A stretch of 23,744 nucleotides of DNA from Bacteriovoracia bacterium (GCA_046570105.1 JBKHVI010000043.1:1-23744), one strand, 5' to 3'. Positions 6,907-15,190 are shown, counted from the stretch's first letter. A program made the numbers and translations. The notes: generated by a model not told the origin, from the sequence alone.

Positions 6907-9609
6907 ATGAATGCGGCAAGGATGCAACTTCAACAATTTATCTCTTCAAAAAGAACCCTCTCAGGGGTTCTTTTTGGCGTTTTAGTCACTCTCCTTTCAA
7001 GCTGTAATCCAACACAACTACAAACTGCTGGTGTACGCACAGACCCGAACTCAGTCGATGGCCAGTTACTTGGTAAGGCCTATGTCTACGAAGACGATCC
7101 AATCAATGCTACGGGAAAATCTGTTCTTCCCTTCAATTTTAAAATCTCGAAAATTGTTGGTGAAACTGCCAAACAAATTACACCGGTCGCGAAAACAACT
7201 TTGACCAATGATTGTTTATTTCAACAAGAGCTATATTACTTAGGCACCACTGCTCCGTTCACTTTCCAAGATTGCTTGCGTATCCTTGCTAACGACAATC
7301 CAGAGACAGTCCCATTGCAATCAAGCACCGGTAACTGGGTCTATGCACCTGGTAGCACAGAGTTCTATCAAGTGCAGGCGATGTACCATGTGAATAAAGT
7401 TGTTGAGCGCATGATGGGCTCAATGCAATTCATTCATCAAAAGCTTCACGTTGATGGTCAAAAAAGTATTACTCCGGCCGTCCCCTACAATTTGGCTGAA
7501 ATGGGCACTTGGTGGTTTAAATATCTCACCAGTAAAAGTCAGATGACTAAATCAGCAGTTCTTACCGTTTACTCAACTGACACAACTGAGAGTCTTCGCA
7601 ACAATGCCTTTTACGAACCAGTCTCGAACTCAGTCAAGCTCGGCTGGACAGCTTACCCAGGTTATGTTGAAGGTGGCGCTAAGCCTGTCTTGATGGTGCA
7701 AGATCCATCGATCATTTATCATGAAATGGGCCATGCCTTCATGACTCTCTTTCTCAACATGCGAAATGCTGAATATGTTGGTGGTGTTTGGGAGCCGTTA
7801 AAATATCAAGCGATGCCCTACTACGGATTTTATTCTGAGTTAGGTGCTATGGGTGAAGGTATTGCCGATTATTTCTCATATGCCATTAACGGCAGACCAA
7901 CCTTCGCTGACTGGGCCTTTGGTAGTTTTGTTTTAGGCCAAAGACCCCTCACAGAATCAAGTAGCCTTCACTCTCCTGGCATCAGTAGTGCCACAGATGA
8001 GCGTCTCTCATATCCAGACTATTTGCTGTATGAACCTTATCAGCCTGAGTTTCCGCTAGAAGAAGTCCACAACGGTGGAATGTTCGCATCTCACTATCTG
8101 GTAGCGCTCACAGAAAGCCTCAAGACTGAGTGTTTCTGGGATCATGCTACCGCCGTTGATCATGTCATGCTCACCATGGCCGATGCCTTTGCCTTGTTAG
8201 GTGACCTCACTTCACGAGGCACAGACTACAACAACACTAACGATGGAACCGGTAAACCCAAGGCCATCGTGAATTTAAATAAAAATGCAGCTTATGACTG
8301 GTACTACAGTGTACGCCAAATCACTGCACGTCGTTGGTCTCAGGCGATGGCCCGTAATATTCATCACTACATCACACGCGACCAGTGCCCTAACTTCACT
8401 AAAGAGAAGTCTGAGCGCCTGCTCGATATGTATGGGCTTCTTCTATTCCGTCACTATGATGATAACGGCACTTATTCTACCTCTTCTTCAGATACAGCGA
8501 CTCGCCAAGATGCCTACGCTATGGAGTTCTTTGCAGCTTCACCAGATGATGCTTCACCTTCAAATGTCTTTCCATCATTCGAAACTATGTTTACCAACTT
8601 CCCTAATACTATCTCGGGAACGAAGGCCACTCCGACTGCAGTTGATGAAGTCAACCGTTTGAAAAGCGTGCTCGTTCCTAAGACGGCATTGGATTACAAA
8701 GATGATGGAGCCTTCGCGACAATCTTCATTGATGATAGTCAATCATTTGGCCAAGCGATTTCAGCTTCTGTCCTCTTTGAAGGTCGCGTGATTTCACCAT
8801 CGGTTGGTCTCGCAGGCTGGGAATACAACAACAGCAATAATCGCATTTCTCCTGGAGAAATTATTGGTATCGGTCTTGATATGGTCAATCGCTCGAACGT
8901 GCCTATTGGTGGTGTAACGATACTAGCGACTCCATGGGCGCACATGAAAGTGACAAATACTTCAAGTACTAATCCGCGTGCTGTCCCATGCTCAATTAAT
9001 GGATTCCCAAGCACTAGTGAAGGTGCGGTGAATTGCACTGATGCTGAGATTTTACCAACTGATGGTGTACGCTTTAAAAAACCAACCGCTGGCAGCTACC
9101 CTGCTAAGGCCCTTCATCCGGTTTGCTTAGTTCAGACATCATCAAACAATGAAACTCGCTGGGTTTCACAGGATGAATTTAGAAGAAATACTTTGTTACT
9201 CGAAGACAAAGACTGCTTAGGTTTTGGAACGCCTGATTTCTCACCGGGAGAATGTTTAGCGCGGTTTGTTCCAGGAATGGAGATGGCATTCATGGCGCAA
9301 ATTGCTCCACAGAAAAGTTATATCCAAACTCTAACTGAACCTTATACCGCTTTCAATTCTACTGCACCGGTGGGTCAACAAATTCCTGCCAGTCAAATTC
9401 CTGGCCCAGCTTCATCGAGTGTTCTCTTATTAGAAATGAACAAGTGGATTCCACCAGGTACGACTTTTACTTGCCGCTTGCGTGCTCAGTTTACTAACTG
9501 CTCTGACTGCTTTGAAACAGCTCCGGGGCAAGATGAATACACTGATATCGAATACGCCGGACACAAGCCATTCAAAGTGCTTGATCTCAGCTTCCTTGTG
9601 CTTGAATGA
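6907..9609 (+). CDS. Lipoprotein zinc metalloprotease, thermolysin/fungalysin (M4/M36)-like, with C-terminal Ig/CARDB-like and Cys-rich region
   Basis: Lipobox LLSS-C; NNAFY; HEMGH; GAMGEGIADYFS (third ligand Glu); EEVHNGG (catalytic His region); NNRISPGEIIGIGLDMVN Ig-like motif. Start is ATG 6907 or 6922. Confidence 0.8.
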   Translation: MNAARMQLQQFISSKRTLSGVLFGVLVTLLSSCNPTQLQTAGVRTDPNSVDGQLLGKAYVYEDDPINATGKSVLPFNFKISKIVGETAKQITPVAKTTLTNDCLFQQELYYLGTTAPFTFQDCLRILANDNPETVPLQSSTGNWVYAPGSTEFYQVQAMYHVNKVVERMMGSMQFIHQKLHVDGQKSITPAVPYNLAEMGTWWFKYLTSKSQMTKSAVLTVYSTDTTESLRNNAFYEPVSNSVKLGWTAYPGYVEGGAKPVLMVQDPSIIYHEMGHAFMTLFLNMRNAEYVGGVWEPLKYQAMPYYGFYSELGAMGEGIADYFSYAINGRPTFADWAFGSFVLGQRPLTESSSLHSPGISSATDERLSYPDYLLYEPYQPEFPLEEVHNGGMFASHYLVALTESLKTECFWDHATAVDHVMLTMADAFALLGDLTSRGTDYNNTNDGTGKPKAIVNLNKNAAYDWYYSVRQITARRWSQAMARNIHHYITRDQCPNFTKEKSERLLDMYGLLLFRHYDDNGTYSTSSSDTATRQDAYAMEFFAASPDDASPSNVFPSFETMFTNFPNTISGTKATPTAVDEVNRLKSVLVPKTALDYKDDGAFATIFIDDSQSFGQAISASVLFEGRVISPSVGLAGWEYNNSNNRISPGEIIGIGLDMVNRSNVPIGGVTILATPWAHMKVTNTSSTNPRAVPCSINGFPSTSEGAVNCTDAEILPTDGVRFKKPTAGSYPAKALHPVCLVQTSSNNETRWVSQDEFRRNTLLLEDKDCLGFGTPDFSPGECLARFVPGMEMAFMAQIAPQKSYIQTLTEPYTAFNSTAPVGQQIPASQIPGPASSSVLLLEMNKWIPPGTTFTCRLRAQFTNCSDCFETAPGQDEYTDIEYAGHKPFKVLDLSFLVLE
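6947..6976 (+). terminator. Intrinsic-terminator-like hairpin inside the 5' end of the protease CDS
   Basis: CAAAAAGAACCC-TCTCAG-GGGTTCTTTTTG: perfect 12-bp inverted repeat with T5 tract, then GGCGTTTT. Confidence 0.55.
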
Positions 9610-10136
9610 AAAATCAGCGTCTATATGGAATTCTACTGCTCGCCATAATTGTCGTACCAGCGCTCTTCTATTATTATGGTCAATTCAAAAATACTCCTGT
9701 GGAGAAGGTCGCAACTCCTGAGCCAAAAAAAGTTGTTGTGCCCCCACAAGCGCTTCCCGATCAAGCTAAGCCAATGATCATCGCCCCTCCTCTCAAAAAA
9801 GGTTCTAGACCGTTTTACGGGTCTCTCCCGCAGGGAATTACGGATATCAGAAAGCTCCCTATGGCGAATAAGCCAGTTAAAGAATGGCTACCACGCCTCA
9901 AAGTAAATCTACAAAAACAAGGCGGAGATCGCCTCAAAGAATTGAAAGTTATCCCTGAGGAGTCGTACGTGATTTCCGATGGTGGTGCTGGCCGCTATGT
10001 GGAAAGAGTGACAGTGAAATTGACAGCAAAAGATGGTGGTTACACAAGTTTTTTTGCCGAGGTCGACTCTGAGACAGGTTATGTTTTAAAAACGTGGGGA
10101 GTCGCCATTCAAGAGAAGACCCCCCATCGTCATTAG
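9606..10136 (+). CDS. Membrane-anchored protein with C-terminal PepSY-like domain
   Basis: N-terminal TM helix (LYGILLLAIIVVPALFYYY), Pro-rich linker, C-terminal RYVERVTVKL...FFAEVDSETGYVLK resembling PepSY VDAxTG. ATGA overlap with the protease stop. Confidence 0.65.
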   Translation: MKNQRLYGILLLAIIVVPALFYYYGQFKNTPVEKVATPEPKKVVVPPQALPDQAKPMIIAPPLKKGSRPFYGSLPQGITDIRKLPMANKPVKEWLPRLKVNLQKQGGDRLKELKVIPEESYVISDGGAGRYVERVTVKLTAKDGGYTSFFAEVDSETGYVLKTWGVAIQEKTPHRH

Positions 10137-11836
10137 TTCGCGGTTTTTTCTTTTAATTTCAAATCCAGCTCTTCAATAACTTTCGGATCAATCTTAGGCA
10201 CTAATCCTTCTGGAGCGACGGTCAGCTTAAAGCCATTCCTAAAGACACTCTTCAAAGCTTCTACATCGCCACGATAAATCTTGCCGACAATTTCATCTTT
10301 AGAATCGAGACCAAAATACGTCAGAATTTTTTGCGACAATCCTGGGACGTATGGTGCGAGTAGTACTCCAAGCGCCAGCGTATAGGCCGAAGCTGTCGCA
10401 ATCGTTTCAGCAGCGGCGGCTTGATCCGTTTTAAACTGTGTCCAAGGAGCTTTCTCTGTGATGAACAAGTTAACTTGCGCGCCTAGCTCCATGATGTGCT
10501 CTTGGCCGCGCTTGATTTGATGATTATCCAACAGTTCATGTTGAGCTTTTATGAATTTTGTCAGTTCGGCATCTCTGCCCTCTTTGACAAAAGCATCAAA
10601 GCTTGTCGCCGGAATTCCTTCTGGCCACTTACTCGCCAAAAACTTCATGGCACGATTAACGTAGTTACCCAGATTATTGGCGAGTTCAGAATTAATTTTA
10701 AGTTCGAATCCTTTCCAAGTGAAACTTGAATCTGACGTTTCCGGAATGAGAGACGTGAGATAAAAGCGCAGAGCATCGACCCCAAACATCTTAATGGCTT
10801 CATCAGCGTCAACGTACCAGCCCTTGGATTTTGAAAACTGTTTGCCTTCCAGATTCACATACTGATTGGCCGGAAGTTCTGTGACTGGTTTCACAAAACC
10901 AGTTCCCATGCTCATCACGGGAAAAATGATCGAATGGAAAATGATATTGTCTTTGCCGATGAAGTTCGTGATGACGGTATCGGCACTTCCCCACCAGTCT
11001 TTGATGTAGTCTTCTTTAGAACCTGTCGTCTCTAACCATTTTTTAGTGTTACTGACATAACCAATCGGCGCATCAAACCAGACGTAGAGTTTTTTGCCTT
11101 TGGCTTCAGGAAGAGGAACATCTATTCCCCAATCAAGATCACGAGTAATGGCACGATCAACCAGTTCATCTTTTGAAAGTGATTCCACAAAAGGAACCAC
11201 AGATTTGCGCCAATTTTGTTTGGTCTTAAACCAGTCTTTAAATTTTTCGTGATACTTTGAAAGGAGCAAATACCATTGGAACGAATCCACTGCTTTGACG
11301 TTTTTGCTGTTGCAGAATTTGCAAACGGGATTTTTTAGTTTGAGTGGCTCAATCCATGTGCCGCAATTAGGACATTCATCACCACGGGCTTCTTTATAGT
11401 CACAGACATAACACTCCCCTTCGACAAAACGATCAGGCAGCATGTTGTGACAATCTTGGCACTGCAATTGTTTTTCAGCGCGCTTTTCGATCAAGCCTTT
11501 TTCATTCAGGTTATGAAACCATTTGAGCGTTTCTTCGCGATGATAATCACTGGAAGTTTGGCCAAAAAAATCAAATTGGATGTCATAACGATCAAACAAA
11601 TCTTTATGAGTTTTATGCCAATCGTTGACGTAATCCTGGTATTTACGTCCCGCTTTCTGGGCATTTTGCATAATCGCCACGCCATGCTCATCTGAGCCAG
11701 AAATATGCACAGCGCGCTCACCTTTGAGCTTTTTGTGACGAGTGAAGATATCCGCTGGTAAATACACACCAGCAATATGTCCAAAATGAAGAGGTCCGTT
11801 AGCGTAGGGTAAAGCAGAGGTATTGAGATATTTCAT
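10133..11836 (-). CDS. metG: Methionine--tRNA ligase, short form without C-terminal tRNA-binding domain
   Basis: PYANGPLHFGH (HIGH), GSDEHG, four CxxC, YVWFDAPIGY, FIGKDNIIFH, QFSKS (KMSKS); 567 aa. Confidence 0.97.
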   Translation of the reverse strand: MKYLNTSALPYANGPLHFGHIAGVYLPADIFTRHKKLKGERAVHISGSDEHGVAIMQNAQKAGRKYQDYVNDWHKTHKDLFDRYDIQFDFFGQTSSDYHREETLKWFHNLNEKGLIEKRAEKQLQCQDCHNMLPDRFVEGECYVCDYKEARGDECPNCGTWIEPLKLKNPVCKFCNSKNVKAVDSFQWYLLLSKYHEKFKDWFKTKQNWRKSVVPFVESLSKDELVDRAITRDLDWGIDVPLPEAKGKKLYVWFDAPIGYVSNTKKWLETTGSKEDYIKDWWGSADTVITNFIGKDNIIFHSIIFPVMSMGTGFVKPVTELPANQYVNLEGKQFSKSKGWYVDADEAIKMFGVDALRFYLTSLIPETSDSSFTWKGFELKINSELANNLGNYVNRAMKFLASKWPEGIPATSFDAFVKEGRDAELTKFIKAQHELLDNHQIKRGQEHIMELGAQVNLFITEKAPWTQFKTDQAAAAETIATASAYTLALGVLLAPYVPGLSQKILTYFGLDSKDEIVGKIYRGDVEALKSVFRNGFKLTVAPEGLVPKIDPKVIEELDLKLKEKTAN

Positions 11837-11883
11837 AGGCCATTATTCTAGCCCATGATGCGCTGAATTGTCCTCGGAAGTTT

Positions 11884-11912
11884 TTGACGGGGTGCAATCA
11901 CTTTTCTATTCT
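11884..11912 (+). promoter_or_regulatory. Sigma70 promoter of the helicase gene
   Basis: TTGACG-N17-TATTCT, ending 10 nt before ATG 11923. Confidence 0.6.
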
Positions 11913-11922
11913 AAGCCCCTCT

Positions 11923-13947
11923 ATGATTTCCCTCAATGGACTTAATCCCGAACAACGCCAGGCCGCTGAAACAGTGGAAGGGCCAGTGCTTATTTTGGCC
12001 GGTGCTGGCTCGGGAAAAACACGCTCGGTGACCTACCGCGTGGCCCATATGTTGGAGAATCTCCATATTCCCGGCAACCAAATCCTCGCAGTGAGTTTTA
12101 CCAATAAGGCCGCCACCGAGATGCAAGAGCGCGTCCGTAAACTGGTTCCCCAATCTCGTTTACGCAAGGGTCTCACTCTTTCAACTTTCCACTCACTTGG
12201 TATTAGAATTCTGCGAGAAGACATTCATCACTTGGGCTACAACAATCTGTTTACCATTTATGACTCCGCCGACCAGATGAGTATCGTGCGTGAAGGATTA
12301 AAAAATTATCGCGCCAACAAAGCATTTGATAAATCGATGGTTCAATCCAAGATTAGTTGGCTTAAGAACAAAGGCATTGGTCCCGAAGAATTCGTGAACA
12401 GCGAGTTTTATGATCCTGAAAATCCCTATGATGGCGCCGTCGAGATGGTCTATCCCTTCTACCAGGATAAATTGCGCTTTTATAACGCTCTCGATTTTGA
12501 TGATATTTTATTTTTAGTGGTGAAACTTTTTGAAGCTCATCCCGATGTCGCCCGTAAGTATTCTGAGCGCTGGCGCTATTTGATGGTGGATGAATACCAA
12601 GATACTAACGGTCTACAATTCCGTTTTATTCAAGGACTCACTTCTACTCATAATAACATCTGCGTGGTGGGTGACGACGATCAAGCGATCTATGCTTTCC
12701 GTGGCGCAGACATCTCTAACATTCTCAATTTTGAAAAACGTTTTCCTGGCGCCAAAGTAGTCAAGCTCGAAGAGAACTACCGCTCGTATGCTCCCATTCT
12801 GGAACTCGCCAACCGAGTGATTCGCGAAAATACCAAACGCAAAGACAAAACCATGCGCACCTCGCAGATTGGCGGAGAGAAGCCCATTCTGTGGGCCGCT
12901 GCCGATGCTGACCACGAAGCTTCAGTCGTTGTTGATGACATTATTGATTTGCAGAATAAAGGCGTGCACTTAGGTGAAGTCGCTATTCTTTATCGCAGTA
13001 ATACTCAGATCCCACCCTTTGAAGATCAGTTGCGCCTGAATCAAGTCCCCTACACCATCATTGGTGGACAGAAATTCTATGAGAAAAAAGAGATCAAAGA
13101 CTTGATCGCTTACCTCTCTGTGATTATGAATCCGCGCGATGAATTGAGTCTGAGACGTATTCTCAACACTCCTAATCGGGGTATTGGAACTGTCACACTA
13201 GAAAAATTCCTCAAGACTTCCGGCGAGACCAAAACTCCACTATTCAATGTGATTGAGAATGAAACTCCGGCCAATAAAAGAGCTGAGCTTGGTGTCTTCA
13301 CCGAACTCATTCGTGATATGCGCTCGATTTTTGACCAGCAAGGAATTGTTGAAGGTGTCAAAGAACTTATCCGTCGCACAGACTATATGGCCTTCGTAGA
13401 TAAGAGCTATGACAATACGAAGTTCGCTCAACGTAAAAAAGACGACGTGGAAAACTTTATTAATTCTGCTCAACGCTTTAGAGAGCGCTTTGGCGAAGAA
13501 GCCTCTTTGCGCAATTTTGTTGAACGCTTGCTTTTGGCCGACTCACAAGACAATCGTAACGGCGGTGGCGATGAAGAACGTCATGAAGTGACACTCATGA
13601 CTTTGCATTCCTCTAAAGGGCTTGAGTACGATTATGTTTATTTGGTGGGCATGGAAGAAGAACTTCTCCCTCACAAAAAAACCATTGCTGAAAACAGTGA
13701 TATCAATGAAGAGCGTCGTTTGTGTTATGTTGGTATCACTCGAGCACGCAAACGTTTAGTGATGACTCATGCAAAACAGCGCAAACTCTATGGCCGTGAT
13801 GTCCCTCGCCATCCCTCTCGTTTTGTCGTTAATCATGATGAAGTCATGTTGGTGCAAGATCGCACAACTTTCGCAGGAATGTCTGAAGAAGAAATCGCCA
13901 CCGTTAAAGACGACTTTCTCGCCGATCTTATTAAATCACTCAATTAG
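11923..13947 (+). CDS. SF1A ATP-dependent DNA helicase, UvrD/PcrA/Rep family
   Basis: LAGAGSGKT, FTNKAA, STFHS, VDEYQDTN, VGDDDQ, EENYRS, TLHSSKGLE, EERRLCYVGITRA. ATG 11923 (MISLNGLNPEQ) preferred over TTG 11884. Confidence 0.95.
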   Translation: MISLNGLNPEQRQAAETVEGPVLILAGAGSGKTRSVTYRVAHMLENLHIPGNQILAVSFTNKAATEMQERVRKLVPQSRLRKGLTLSTFHSLGIRILREDIHHLGYNNLFTIYDSADQMSIVREGLKNYRANKAFDKSMVQSKISWLKNKGIGPEEFVNSEFYDPENPYDGAVEMVYPFYQDKLRFYNALDFDDILFLVVKLFEAHPDVARKYSERWRYLMVDEYQDTNGLQFRFIQGLTSTHNNICVVGDDDQAIYAFRGADISNILNFEKRFPGAKVVKLEENYRSYAPILELANRVIRENTKRKDKTMRTSQIGGEKPILWAAADADHEASVVVDDIIDLQNKGVHLGEVAILYRSNTQIPPFEDQLRLNQVPYTIIGGQKFYEKKEIKDLIAYLSVIMNPRDELSLRRILNTPNRGIGTVTLEKFLKTSGETKTPLFNVIENETPANKRAELGVFTELIRDMRSIFDQQGIVEGVKELIRRTDYMAFVDKSYDNTKFAQRKKDDVENFINSAQRFRERFGEEASLRNFVERLLLADSQDNRNGGGDEERHEVTLMTLHSSKGLEYDYVYLVGMEEELLPHKKTIAENSDINEERRLCYVGITRARKRLVMTHAKQRKLYGRDVPRHPSRFVVNHDEVMLVQDRTTFAGMSEEEIATVKDDFLADLIKSLN

Positions 13948-14410
13948 TTAATAAATTTTTGTTAGTATAAATATTTATATATAAAATCTTCGGAGAATGC
14001 TTATTATACTCAAACTCAAGCCCAAGACGGGGTACTCGAACTTCGTAGTTCTCGTTCCCTGAATGACTTTTATCTGCTAATTTTTTTTCTAACCACTCTT
14101 CGTTACCATACTTGCTTTTTAAATACTCGTAATCGTCACTTGTTTTCCAAAAAAGCAAAGAACTACTTTCAACAGTTTTATTTTTTTTATCAACATATGA
14201 AAAAAAGCTAGTAGGCTTTTTGTACACATACTTAACAATACCTTTATCTTTTGTTTTCTCAATTTCCTCAGGTTCACCAAAAGCCTGAACTAAATCGTCG
14301 AGCTTTCCATCCTTATGGACACCAATTAGCAAATCAAGTGGTTCCAATTGAGTATTTGTTAGAAAAGAGCAACTTACACAAAAGAGAAGACATGCAATTA
14401 TTTTCATCAT
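13940..14410 (-). CDS. Hypothetical lipoprotein, possible BamE/BLIP-like fold, in AT-rich islet
   Basis: MMKIIACLLFCVSC lipobox; LVQAFGEP...KYVY motif and a second KSKYGNE...EFEY half; ATGA overlap with the upstream gene. Confidence 0.7.
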   Translation of the reverse strand: MMKIIACLLFCVSCSFLTNTQLEPLDLLIGVHKDGKLDDLVQAFGEPEEIEKTKDKGIVKYVYKKPTSFFSYVDKKNKTVESSSLLFWKTSDDYEYLKSKYGNEEWLEKKLADKSHSGNENYEVRVPRLGLEFEYNKHSPKILYINIYTNKNLLTN

Positions 14411-15103
14411 TTTGTATCCTTCGATTTAATAATCGCTTGAAGAAAATCAAACATCTTTATGTTCTCTTTTTTAATTTTATCCGGATTTGAATAAAAAACC
14501 TCAATGTGATTTGCGAAGTCTTCATCAATCGAAAATGAGGAGTCATCTAATAAAGTCTTCGATGGTGGAATTCTTTTCGTAATCTTTTCTAATTTTCTCT
14601 CGAATGACCATCCTGACAAGGTAGCAAATTCAAAAATCTGCTCTGCTGAGAAATCAAATATAGCGATATGGGACATCTCATGAATAATAACATCTCTTTT
14701 ATTCTTCATTTTGAAAAAGGAATCATGTAGTACGACAGTTTTTGACAGTGCATAAGTTGTTGCAGGATTAGTATCACTTCCACCAGATTCGGTTCTAAGC
14801 GCTTCTTTAAGAGAGTAGCGTGCTAACCAACTCGGAATTTTAGCGAATTCCTCTAGAAAAATTTGTTTTTCTAGCTCGGACCACTTCTTAACAGCGAGTA
14901 CTTTTTCTTTCACTTTAAGAGCAGTTTTGTCTTCAAAAAAAAGTTGAACCAATTATCTCTTTGCAATATCCCGTACGCTTATATGAGTTAACAATTTTTC
15001 CGTTCATTTTTGTATAACTGGCAACTTGATGAGACCTGACATATATCTGATTGGGCTCACAGCTGATAGCGAAATTTGTCCAAAAGATTAAAAGTAAAAT
15101 CAT
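14407..15103 (-). pseudogene. Frameshifted secreted zinc metallopeptidase-like gene (HExxH...EDFA); 231 aa if corrected
   Basis: ATG 15103 opens MILLLIFWTNFAISCEPNQIYVRSHQVASYTKMNGKIVNSYKRTGYCKEIIGSTFF-TGA (56 aa). Removing one T from the T8 tract (A8 at 14935-14942) fuses it to FEDKTALK...HEMSH...DEDFANHIE. May be recoded or an assembly error rather than dead. Confidence 0.75.
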
Positions 15104-15118
15104 TACTTTCAGGGCGAT

Positions 15119-15186
15119 GTTCCTTATAAAAATGGGCCATCCATGGCCCTTTGATCCATCCTTGGAAGACTGTCTTCCTGACGGTC
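15119..15186 (-). promoter_or_regulatory. Array of GGA-loop hairpins (CsrA/RsmA-site-like)
   Basis: Minus strand GACCGTC-AGGAA-GACAGTC, TCCA-AGGA-TGGA, GGGCCA-TGGA-TGGCCC, then ATTTTT and TAAGGAA. Confidence 0.55.
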
Positions 15187-15190
15187 GAAA

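Noticed and set aside
14943..14952. TTG start for a stand-alone 181-aa ORF
   Set aside because: No SD or signal peptide; better explained as the downstream half of a frameshifted gene starting at 15103.
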